From Nemertoderma westbladi (Eukaryota; Animalia; Xenacoelomorpha): a DNA stretch of 64,000 nt. Position 1 is the first letter of the stretch. Every line of letters starts with the position of its first letter. The notes under the pieces are model-generated. The model did no database searches and was not told the origin of the DNA. It saw nothing but the letters and a program-made list of their open reading frames with translations. The translations under genes and the position numbers were made by a program. Positions 26,401 to 37,767 of this stretch are shown one piece after another. The stretch spans positions 29,916-93,915 of the forward strand of contig JAUCBJ010001863.1 in NCBI GenBank assembly GCA_032718475.1, in the 5' to 3' direction.

Positions 26401-29400
26401 TTATTGCAGAAAAACACCAATGATTTTGACATGGCTTTAATACTTCATTATGTTCATGAAATAGCTGAGATATTTGAGGTGAATTATTGTATTATGAGTT
26501 AACTTCAGTTCTAGTCACTTTGGCAATACGATGAAACTATAAAAAATATTCTAGAACACAACAATATTAATAGGGAGATAGGATACTTATCTCTCCACTC
26601 AGAAAGCCACAGATGGGGGGTGTTCTGACACAATAAAAATTCATCCATCTCCAGCGGAAAGACGTAGCAAATAACAGCTGATTACTTCTATAAATGTAAG
26701 TGTTACCTGTTCTTTTGACGTTCATTTAAGATTCTCTATCTCGTGGAGTGGGATAGAAGTTATAAATATGAAAATTGATATGGTTTTTGAAAAAAATCAG
26801 AGGATATTTTGATAAATTATTGCAGAAAAATACCAAGGATTTTGACATCGATTTAATACTTCATTATGTTCATGAAATAGTTGAGATATTTGAGGTGAAT
26901 TATTGTATTATGAGACAACTTGAGCTCTAGTCACTTTGGCAATACGATGAAACTATAAAAAATATTCTAGAACACAACAATATTAATAGGGAGATAGGAT
27001 ACTTATCTCTCCACTCAGAAAGCCACAGATAGGGGGTGTTCCAACGCAATCAAAATTCATCCATCTCCAGCGGAAAGACGTAGCAAATAACAGCAGATTA
27101 CTTCTATAAATGTAAGTGTTACCTGTTCTTTTGACTTTCATTTAAGATACTTTATCTCGTTGAGTGGGATAGAAGTTATTAATATGAAAATTGATATGGT
27201 TTTTGAAAAAAATCAGAGGATATTTTGATAAATTATTGCAGAAAAATACCAAGGAATTTGACATGGATTTAATACTTCATTATGTTCATGAAATAGCTGA
27301 GATATTTGAGGTGAATTATTGTATTATGAGTCAACTTCAGCTCTAGTCACTTTGGCAATACGATGAAACTTTAATAAATATTCTAGAACACAACAATATT
27401 AACAGGGAGATAGGCTACTTATCTCTCCACTCAGACAGCCACAGATAGGGGGTGTTCCAACGCAATCAAAATTCATCCATCTCCAGCGGAAAGACGTAGC
27501 AAATAACAGCTGATTACTGCTATAAATGTAAGTGTTACCTGTTCTTTTGACGTTCATCTAAGATTCTCTATCTCGTGGAGTGGGATAGAAGTTATAAATA
27601 AGAAAATCGATTTGGTTTTTGAAAAAAATCAGAGAATATTTTGATAAATTATTGCAGAAAAACACCAATGATTTTGACATGGCTTTAATACTTCATTATG
27701 TTCATGAAATAGCTGAGATATTTGAGGTGAATTATTGTATTATGAGTTAACTTCAGCTCTAGTCACTTTGGCAATACGATGAAACTATAAAAAATATTCT
27801 AGAACACAACAATATTAATAGGGAGATAGGATACTTATCTCTCCACTCAGAAAGCCACAGATGGGGGGTGTTCTGACACAATCAAAATTCATCCATCTCC
27901 AGCGGAAAGACGTAGCAAATAACAGCTGATTACTTCTATAAATGTAAGTGTTACCTGTTCTTTTGACGTTCATTTAAGATTCTCTATCTCGTGGAGTGGG
28001 ATAGAAGTTATAAATATGAAAATTGATATGGTTTTTGAAAAAAATCAGAGGATATTTTGATAAATTATTGCAGAAAAATACCAAGGATTTTGACATCGAT
28101 TTAATACTTCATTATGTTCATGAAATAGCTGAGATATTTGAGGTGAATTATTGCATTACATAATAACTTTAGCTCCAGCCACTTTAGCAATACGATGAAA
28201 CTATAAAAAATATTCTAGAACACAACAATATTAATAGGGAGATAGGATACTTATCTCTCCACTCAGAAAGCCACAGATGGGGGGTGTTCTGACACAATAA
28301 AAATTCATCCATCTCCAGCGGAAAGACGTAGCAAATAACAGCTGATTACTTCTATAAATGTAAGTGTTACCTGTTCTTTTGACGTTCATTTAAGATTCTC
28401 TATCTCGTGGAGTGGGATAGAAGTTATAAATATGAAAATTGATATGGTTTTTGAAAAAAATCAGAGGATATTTTGATAAATTATTGCAGAAAAATACCAA
28501 GGATTTTGACATCGATTTAATACTTCATTATGTTCATGAAATAGTTGAGATATTTGAGGTGAATTATTGTATTATGAGACAACTTGAGCTCTAGTCACTT
28601 TGGCAATACGATGAAACTATAAAAAATATTCTAGAACACAACAATATTAATAGGGAGATAGGATACTTATCTCTCCACTCAGAAAGCCACAGATAGGGGG
28701 TGTTCCAACGCAATCAAAATTCATCCATCTCCAGCGGAAAGACGTAGCAAATAACAGCAGATTACTTCTATAAATGTAAGTGTTACCTGTTCTTTTGACT
28801 TTCATTTAAGATACTTTATCTCGTTGAGTGGGATAGAAGTTATTAATATGAAAATTGATATGGTTTTTGAAAAAAATCAGAGGATATTTTGATAAATTAT
28901 TGCAGAAAAATACCAAGGAATTTGACATGGATTTAATACTTCATTATGTTCATGAAATAGCTGAGATATTTGAGGTGAATTATTGTATTATGAGTCAACT
29001 TCAGCTCTAGTCACTTTGGCAATACGATGAAACTTTAATAAATATTCTAGAACACAACAATATTAACAGGGAGATAGGCTACTTATCTCTCCACTCAGAC
29101 AGCCACAGATAGGGGGTGTTCCAACGCAATCAAAATTCATCCATCTCCAGCGGAAAGACGTAGCAAATAACAGCTGATTACTGCTATAAATGTAAGTGTT
29201 ACCTGTTCTTTTGACGTTCATTTAAGATTCTCTATCTCGTGGAGTGGGATAGAAGTTATAAATATGAAAATCGATATGATTTTTGTAAAAAATCAGAGGA
29301 TATTTTGATAAATTATTGCAGAAAAACACCAAGGATTTTGACATTGCTTTAATACTTCATTATGTTCATGAAATAGCTGAGATATTTGAGATGAATTATT

Positions 29401-32400
29401 GCATTACATAATAACTTTAGCTCCAGCCACTTTAGCAATACGATGAAACTATAATAAATATTCTAGAACACAACAATATTAATAGGGAGATAGGCTACTT
29501 ATTTCTCAAATCAGACAGCCACAGATGGGGGGTGTTCTGACACAATCAAAATTCATCCATCTCCAGCGGAAAGACATAGCAAATAACAGCTGATTACTTC
29601 TATAAATGTAAGTGTTACCTGTTCTTTTGACATTCATTTAAGATTCTCTATCTCGTGGAGTGGGATAGAAGTTATAAATATGAAAATTGATATGGTTTTT
29701 TAAAAAAATCAGAGGATATTTTGATAAATTATTGCAGAAAAATACCAAGGAATTTGACATGGATTTAATACTTAATTATGTTCATGAAATAGCTGAGATA
29801 TTTCAGGTGAATTATTGTATTATGAGTCAACTTCAGCTCTAGTCACTTTGGCAATACGATGAAACTTTAATAAATATTCTAGAACACAACAATATTAACT
29901 GGGAGATAGGCTATACTTATCTCTCCACTCAGACAGCCACAGATAGGGGGTGTTCCAACGCAATCAAAATTCATCCATCTCCAGCGGAAAGACGTAGCAA
30001 ATAACAGCTGATTACTGCTATAAATGTAAGTGTTACCTGTTCTTTTGACGTTCATCTAAGATTCTCTATCTCGTGGAGTGGGATAGAAGTTATAAATAAG
30101 AAAATCGATGTGGTTTTTGAAAAAAATCAGAGAATATTTTGATAAATTATTGCAGAAAAACACCAATGATTTTGACATGGCTTTAATACTTCATTATGTT
30201 CATGAAATAGCTGAGATATTTGAGGTGAATTATTGTATTATGAGTTAACTTCAGCTCTAGTCACTTTGGCAATACGATGAAACTATAAAAAATATTCTAG
30301 AACACAACAATATTAATAGGGAGATAGGATACTTATCTCTCCACTCAGAAAGCCACAGATGGGGGGTGTTCTGACACAATCAAAATTCATCCATCTCCAG
30401 CGGAAAGACGTAGCAAATAACAGCTGATTACTTCTATAAATGTAAGTGTTACCTGTTCTTTTGACGTTCATTTAAGATTCTCTATCTCGTGGAGTGGGAT
30501 AGAAGTTATAAATATGAAAATTGATATGGTTTTTGAAAAAAATCAGAGGATATTTTGATAAATTATTGCAGAAAAATACCAAGGATTTTGACATCGATTT
30601 AATACTTCATTATGTTCATGAAATAGCTGAGATATTTGAGGTGAATTATTGTATTAAGACAACTTGAGCTCTAGTCACTTTGGCAATACGATGAAACTAT
30701 AAAAAATATTCTAGAACACAACAATATTAATAGGGAGATAGGATACTTATCTCTCCACTCAGAAAGCCACAGATAGGGGGTGTTCCAACGCAATCAAAAT
30801 TCATCCATCTCCAGCGGAAAGACGTAGCAAATAACAGCAGATTACTTCTATATGTAAGTGTTACCTGTTCTTTTGACTTTCATTTAAGATACTTTATCTC
30901 GTTGAGTGGGATAGAAGTTATTAATATGAAAATTGATATGGTTTTTGAAAAAAATCAGAGGATATTTTGATAAATTATTGCAGAAAAATACCAAGGAATT
31001 TGACATGGATTTAATACTTCATTATGTTCATGAAATAGCTGAGATATTTGAGGTGAATTATTGTATTATGAGTCAACTTCAGCTCTAGTCACTTTGGCAA
31101 TACGATGAAACTATAATAAATATTCTAGAACACAACAATATTAACAGGGAGATAGGCTCTTATCTCTCCACTCAGACAGCCACAGATAGGGGGTGTTCCA
31201 ACGCAATCAAAATTCATCCATCTCCAGCGGAAAGACATAGCAAATAACAGCTGATTACTGCTATAAATGTAAGTGTTACCTGTTCTTTTGACGTTCATTT
31301 AAGATTCTCTATCTCGTGGAGTGGGATAGAAGTTATAAATATGAAAATCGATATGATTTTTGTAAAAAATCAGAGGATATTTTGATAAATTATTGCAGAA
31401 AAACACCAAGGATTTTGACATTGCTTTAATACTTCATTATGTTCATGAAATAGCTGAGATATTTGAGGTGAATTATTGCATTACATAATAACTTTAGCTC
31501 CAGCCACTTTAGCAATACGATGAAACTATAATAAATATTCTAGAACACAACAATATTAATAGGGAGATAGGCTACTTATTTCTCAAATCAGACAGCCACA
31601 GATGGGGGGTGTTCTGACACAATCAAAATTCATCCATCTCCAGCGGAAAGACATAGCAAATAACAGCTGATTACTTCTATAAATGTAAGTGTTACCTGTT
31701 CTTTTGACTTTCATTTAAGATTCTTTATCTCGTGGAGTGGGATAGAAGTTATAAATATGAAAATTGATATGGTTTTTGAAAAAAATCAGAGGATATTTTG
31801 ATAAATTATTGCATAAAAATACCAAGGATTTTGACATGGATTTAATACTTCATTATGTTCATGAAATAGCTGAGATACTTGAGGTGAATTATTGCATTAC
31901 ATAATAACTTTAGCTCCAACCACTTTAGCAATACGATGAAACTATAATAAATATTCTAGAACACAACAATATTAATAGGGAGATAGGCTACTTATCTCTC
32001 AACTCATACAACCACAGATAGGGGGTTTTCTGACACAATCAAAATTCATTCATCTTCAGCGGAAAGACGTAGCAAATAACAGCTGATTACTTCTATAAAT
32101 GTAAGTGTTACCTGTTCTTTTGATTTTCATTTAAGATTATCTATCTCGTGGAGTGGGTTAGAAGTTATAAATATTAAAATCGATATGGTTAAAGTAAAGA
32201 ATCAGAGGATATTTTGATAAATTATTGCAGAAAAACACCAATTATTTTGACATGGCTTTAATACTTCATTATGTTCATGAAATAGCTGAGATATTTGAGG
32301 TGAATTATTGCATTACTTTTATTTTATTATTAATTTTAGCTCCAGCCACTTTAGCAATACGATGAAACAATAATAAATATTCTAGAACACAGCAATATTA

Positions 32401-33529
32401 ATAGGGAGATAGGATACTTATCTCTCCACCCAGAAAGCCACAGATAGGGGGTGTTCCAACGCAATCAAAATTAATCCATCTCCAGCGGAAAGACGTAGCA
32501 AATAACAGCTGATTACTTCTATAAATGTAAGTGTTACCTGTTCTTTTGACTTTCATTTAAGATACTTTATCTCGTTGAGTGGGATAGAAGTTATAAATAT
32601 GAAAATCGATATGATTTTTGTAAAAAATCAGAGGATATTTTGATAAATTATTGCAGAAAAACACCAAGGATTTTGACATGGCTTTAATACTTCATTATGT
32701 TCATGAAATAGCTGAGATATTTGAGGTGAATTATTGCATTAATTACATAATAACTTTAGCTCCAGCCACTTTAGCAATACGATGAAACTATAATAAATAT
32801 TCTAGAACACAACAATATTAATAGGGAGATAGGCTACTTATTTCTCAACTCAGACAGCCACAGATAGGGGGTGTTCCAACGCAATCAAAATTCATCCATC
32901 TCCAGCGGAAAGACGTAGCAAATAACAGCTGATTACTTCTATAAATGTAAGTGTTACCTGTTCTTTTGACGTTCATTTAAGATTCTCTATCTCGTGGAGT
33001 GGGATAGAAGTTATAAATATGAAAATTGATATGGTTTTTTAAAAAAATCAGAGGATATTTTGATAAATTATTGCAGAAAAATACCAAGGATTTTGACATG
33101 GATTTAATACTTCATTATGTTCATGAAATAGCTGAGATATTTGAGGTTAATTATTGTATTATAAGTCAACTTCAGCTCTAGTCACTTTGGCAATACGATG
33201 AAACTATAATAAATATTCTAGAACACAACAATATTGACAGGGAGATAGGCTACTTATCTCTCCTCTCAGACAGCCACAGATAGGGGGTGTTCCAACGCAA
33301 TCAAAATTCATCCATCTCCAGCGGAAAGACGTAGCAAATAACAGCTGATTACTTCTATAAATGTAAGTGTTACCTGTTCTTTTGACGTTCATTTAAGATT
33401 CTCTATCTCGTGGAGTGGGATAGAAGTTATAAATATGAAAATTGATATGGTTTTTTAAAAAAATCAGAGGATATTTTGATAAATTATTGCAGAAAAATAC
33501 CAAGGATTTTGACATGGATTTAATACTTC
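23480..33529. repeat. Satellite DNA array, ~416-bp AT-rich monomer, ~24 copies
   Basis: TTTGGCAATACGATGAAAC recurs at 26101, 26519, 26935, 27351, 27767 etc. (416-418 bp spacing). The array stops abruptly at the LTR start. Confidence 0.97.
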
Positions 33530-35141
33530 TGTTCGCGGTATTTCAACTTTCCATAACGCGAGTTGAATATTTTTGTATTTATTTAAAATTGATTATTCCG
33601 ATATTACTACTGGGTGCGGGACCATGGGTTTTGGGCACATTCAAGAAACTGGGGGCGATTTATGGGCGAACTTTGGGGCAACTTACAGGGTACGGGAATA
33701 ATTTCATAGTTATAAGGGCCAGGGGGGGATGGAAAATGCAAGCAGTATTCAGGTTAGCCTGAGTACTATTAGGCCCTGGCCAACTTCCTGCTGCCTGTAG
33801 GGGTGGATTTGGTAATGCGCCAGGCCTAAAGGACAAGGACTGCCCTTAGCGGTCCCTGGCCAACAGCAGCCATTACGAGACTGAAAAGAACTCGGACCGC
33901 TGACTGCTTGTGTCAGGGATTTGCGACGGGCACCGACGGCCCCTTAGTAGCCAAGCCGTTCTGGTTCTCGATGATCGTTCCCTTCGGGGTTCGTGAGGGG
34001 TGGAGCGGACACGCGAACGGGTGGCCAACTAACGACTGCCCCCTGACCTAAGCCGTACTGGTTCTCGATGACCGATCCCTTCGGGGTTCGTGAGGGGTGG
34101 GACGGACATGCGAAAGGGCTGGCCACAGGACGGGTTTGACGAGAACTGCCCTTAGCGGTCTCTGGTCAACGGCAGCTACTACGAGACTGAAAAGAACTCG
34201 GAACGCTGACTGCTTGTACTGGGATTTGCGACGGGAACCGACGACAGACCCCTTAGCCAAGCCGTACTGGTTCTCGATGATCGTTCCCTTCGGGGTTCGT
34301 GAGGGGTGGAACGGACACGCGATGGGGTCGAAAGACAAAGGACTAGACTCGACTAGACTCTACTGGCCTACCGACTGTTCGGAGCAGTTTCTCGGCTGCC
34401 GAAGCGACTACGAGCCTGAAACGGACTCGGAAAGCCTAGGTGGTTGGGTTTCTGTGATGAACTGACGGACCCCTAGCCAAGCCGTTCTGGTTCTCGATGA
34501 TCGAACCCTTCGGGGTTCGTGAGGGGTGGAACGGACACGCGAACGGGTCCACCGACACGACAGACTCCTAGCCAAGCCGTACTGGTTCTCGATGACCGAA
34601 CCCTTCGGGGTTCGAGAGGGGTGGTACGGATACGCGACAGAGTCTACCGACTGGACCGACCCTTAGCCAAGCCGTGCTGGTTCTCGATGATCGTTCCCTT
34701 CGGGGTTCGTGAGGGGTGGAACGGACACGCGACAGGGTCGACCGACACCGACACTACGGCACTAAGACTGGGACCGAGGGAAAATCTGGGGAACATTAGG
34801 TAGGCTAAAATTCTGAGCAAACAGTGGGTTATTAAATAATATACTGTAGGGATTTATATTATCGTGTATAATTATTGTGAATATTTGGTGTATATTGATT
34901 TGGGGAAGCCCAAAATTATTCTTAATCAAGTTTCAATGATGTTGAACGGGTTTCAACTATAGGAAGTTACATTAAAGAGTATATCCAACTAATGCAGCTT
35001 TTTATCAACCGCAAACTTGCATCTCAGAAAATATTCCCTCCCCACAATCAATATCCGGTGACTGGCCGGGGCTCGGTGGTCTGTTAAGTCACGTCTCCAG
35101 CATCGGCGTTTTTCCCCCCTGGTGTAGGGATAACGGCAACA
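33530..35141 (+). repeat. 5' LTR
   Basis: TGTTCGCGG...CGGCAACA; appears identical to 46200-47811 by eye, and the ORF-track translations in the two copies are the same. Confidence 0.96.
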
Positions 35142-35392
35142 AAATTAAGAATAATTCACGTGGTTAATTTTGACAGGGTGTCAAAATTAAGAATAATTAC
35201 GGTCAACTTCAACTGGTGGAAGTTGAGAATCCTTCAATACTCTTCAAAAACTCTCTACGTGCTTGCCAGCACCCACTACGAGGAAACTCTGGTATTTGAG
35301 TTGAGACAAAGTCGTGGTTTAATTAATCAGCAAACTCGATCTAACCAACTCGTAGTCGGCAGATCACATATTTGGAGAGTTGTTAACAGGGA

Positions 35393-35584
35393 ATGGAAGT
35401 ATCGATCACACCCATTGATATAATTCAAGTTGAGCCAGGAATCTGGCACGTCGAAGTTGAGGTACAAGGAACGAACGTTGGACGATTCAGGATTACTGTT
35501 CGGGTGGTCCAAGCTGAGTACAATACCTACGAGGAACTGTTTTACGACATCGCGTATCTAGCCATCGACGAGGCGTTACAATGA
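35393..35584 (+). CDS. Small upstream ORF (63 aa) whose stop overlaps the gag start (ATGA)
   Basis: ATG-initiated; sequence pattern suggests beta-strands then an acidic amphipathic helix. TGA 35582-35584 overlaps gag ATG 35581-35583. Confidence 0.45.
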   Translation: MEVSITPIDIIQVEPGIWHVEVEVQGTNVGRFRITVRVVQAEYNTYEELFYDIAYLAIDEALQ

Positions 35585-37767
35585 CAACAAATAACGTATC
35601 CGATACCGACGAGATGGATCACCACACAGACTCGGAAGCCGACGAGGTACCAAACGTCAAGAACATGACCCGTCGGTTAGGGGCTCTTAAAGGCGGAGTA
35701 ACCCGAGCGTATCAACGGATGGAGAAACAACTCAAAGGAGTCAAAACCCCCCTCAATGAGGTACAAACTCAGCTTCAAAGTATCCGAAATATCCTACAGC
35801 GGTACGAAAGAATGATACAGGCGTACCAAGAGCTCGTTCCCCCCACCGATCAGGAAAACTACCCCAAGTTGGAAGAACACGTTGTACATCTAGATGGGTT
35901 CCGCAAACAACACCGGAGGACCCTCAGCCTTGTGAGAGGCTATGAGGAACAGTATTACAAGAGGGCTGACGCGGAATCAGTACGATCCTCCAGCATCAGG
36001 ACAGCAGTACATCGTAAGAGAACGGGGTCCGCTAGAAATCAGCACTCCAGCGCTAGGAGCGAGATATCCGGCTCGGCGCGCAGTTCTCAAGGGGCGCCGC
36101 CACTCCGAGACCAACTGCGAGAACGGAAGGCATTAGCCCTCAAAGCTCGGATGGAAGATGAGTATATTCAACTGCAAGCCGAGCAAGATGTATTAGCCGC
36201 CGAAACACAAAAGCGAGAGGCCGAACAAGCGGCCGAACGGCAGGCCGAACAACGCGAACAGGAGGCCGAACAACATAGACGAGAAGCCGAACGACAGGCC
36301 GAACAACGCAAACAGGAGGCCGAACAACGCGGACGAGAGGCCGAACGAGAGATCGAACAACGTAAATGGGAAGCGGAAATGCGTAAACAACACGCCGAGG
36401 CCCAAGCAATTCTTATCCACAAAAAGAATGCGGATATTGCAAAACTCGCAGAATACGAAGCCGCACTTATAGAACGAGATATTCAACTCTACGAGGACTG
36501 GGAAAGGGATATAGATCAGGAATATGAACCAATTCCGGTACCGGAGTTAGAAAAGTCATTTACACCAACAGCGGCGAAACCTCCGAAACCCGAGATCCCG
36601 CCTACCAAACAGTCTACGCTATCGGCACAAGCCCCGGTGTTCCATCCCCCACCAGCTACGCTAAAGAATGAGGAACCTTATTTCCCATCCAACACCACGA
36701 CAGCGAGTGTACCCAAGTACGAGCCTGAAAGGGACTCGGAACGGGACGCCACTCCCCGATCTAACAACCCATTTACATCCACACCACAAACTCGTAGCCG
36801 CGTCATTATTAAAACTCCACCTATTATTGATCCATCAAGTATGGGAGTGAGTGCCAATAACTATAACCCTCCGAGTCACTCCAGTTCAGACGACGTCAGC
36901 ATCATCCGGGCGTTGGAGAACCGCCTTGCCATGCCTAAGATGGAGATTCGCACCTTCGAAGGAGATCCCGTTGATTACCTCAGATTCAAGAAACGGTTCT
37001 TTGCGCAGATCGGATCAACGGACATAGCCGACGCACAGAAATTGGTATATTTATCGCAATACCTGGGTGACAAACCACGCAGAATTGTTGCATGTTTTGA
37101 AGGAGGTTCTCATGAGGCATACTATGACGCATGGAAAACTCTAGATAAAAGATACGGAAATACCGGAACTATAATTAATAAAACTCTAGAGAGACTGATA
37201 CAGGACGCGGGATCACTAGGGGACCCACAGAACATACAGGAATTCTCCGACTCTATGAAGGATGCCTACTATACTCTGAAACCCTTAAATAAAGAGGACC
37301 AGGTGAACAACATTCTAAACCTCCGACAGATCGCCAAGAAGTTCCCCGGATGGCTACAAAGTAAGTGGGCTTATAAATGTGTAGATCTCCGGCGCAGACA
37401 TCCAGATCGAGATCCTAGCTTCCTTGAAATGTCGGCATTCCTGGACGATATCTCCGAAGCCATGAATGACTCGATGTTTTCAAAACAAAGTCTCGCAAAG
37501 TTGGACGGAATAGAGAGCAACTCCAGGAGTAAGATAACCCCTCCGAAACCGAGATTCCGCCCCCCACCGGTAAGTACGATGGCCATTACCATGGCCGAGG
37601 ATTCCGACGACGAAGACTACGAGGAACCGACATCCGCCGAGGAATGGGCATGTTATCTCGCGAGTTGGGCACCCGAAAGGGAAGGCATCACAAATTCCCT
37701 GCTCTGTCTGTGGGGAGAAACACAAAGTTTCAGTTCGCCGAACTCGTCCCACGCTTCGAGGCGATAA
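35581..37767 (+). CDS. gag: Bel/Pao Gag (coiled-coil plus DUF1759-like capsid region)
   Basis: 728-aa ORF; E/Q/R coiled-coil repeats; MPKMEIRTFEGDPVDYLRFKKRF...KLVYLSQYL...AWKTLDKRYG...KFPGWLQSKW. Confidence 0.9.
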   Translation: MTTNNVSDTDEMDHHTDSEADEVPNVKNMTRRLGALKGGVTRAYQRMEKQLKGVKTPLNEVQTQLQSIRNILQRYERMIQAYQELVPPTDQENYPKLEEHVVHLDGFRKQHRRTLSLVRGYEEQYYKRADAESVRSSSIRTAVHRKRTGSARNQHSSARSEISGSARSSQGAPPLRDQLRERKALALKARMEDEYIQLQAEQDVLAAETQKREAEQAAERQAEQREQEAEQHRREAERQAEQRKQEAEQRGREAEREIEQRKWEAEMRKQHAEAQAILIHKKNADIAKLAEYEAALIERDIQLYEDWERDIDQEYEPIPVPELEKSFTPTAAKPPKPEIPPTKQSTLSAQAPVFHPPPATLKNEEPYFPSNTTTASVPKYEPERDSERDATPRSNNPFTSTPQTRSRVIIKTPPIIDPSSMGVSANNYNPPSHSSSDDVSIIRALENRLAMPKMEIRTFEGDPVDYLRFKKRFFAQIGSTDIADAQKLVYLSQYLGDKPRRIVACFEGGSHEAYYDAWKTLDKRYGNTGTIINKTLERLIQDAGSLGDPQNIQEFSDSMKDAYYTLKPLNKEDQVNNILNLRQIAKKFPGWLQSKWAYKCVDLRRRHPDRDPSFLEMSAFLDDISEAMNDSMFSKQSLAKLDGIESNSRSKITPPKPRFRPPPVSTMAITMAEDSDDEDYEEPTSAEEWACYLASWAPEREGITNSLLCLWGETQSFSSPNSSHASRR

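Noticed and set aside
33955-34730. LTR hairpin repeats as a CRISPR array, SECIS elements or hammerhead ribozymes
   Set aside because: Eukaryotic LTR context with no cas genes and irregular, related spacers. The upper helix is too short and lacks the apical AA of SECIS. The core is CTCGATGA, not CTGATGA, with no GAAA partner.
35161-35230. TGGTTAATTTTG (35161) and TGGTGGAAGTTGAGAATC (~35212) as tRNA primer-binding sites
   Set aside because: They lie ~20 and ~70 nt from the LTR end, sit within hairpins, and do not resemble an 18-nt tRNA 3' complement beyond the first few bases.
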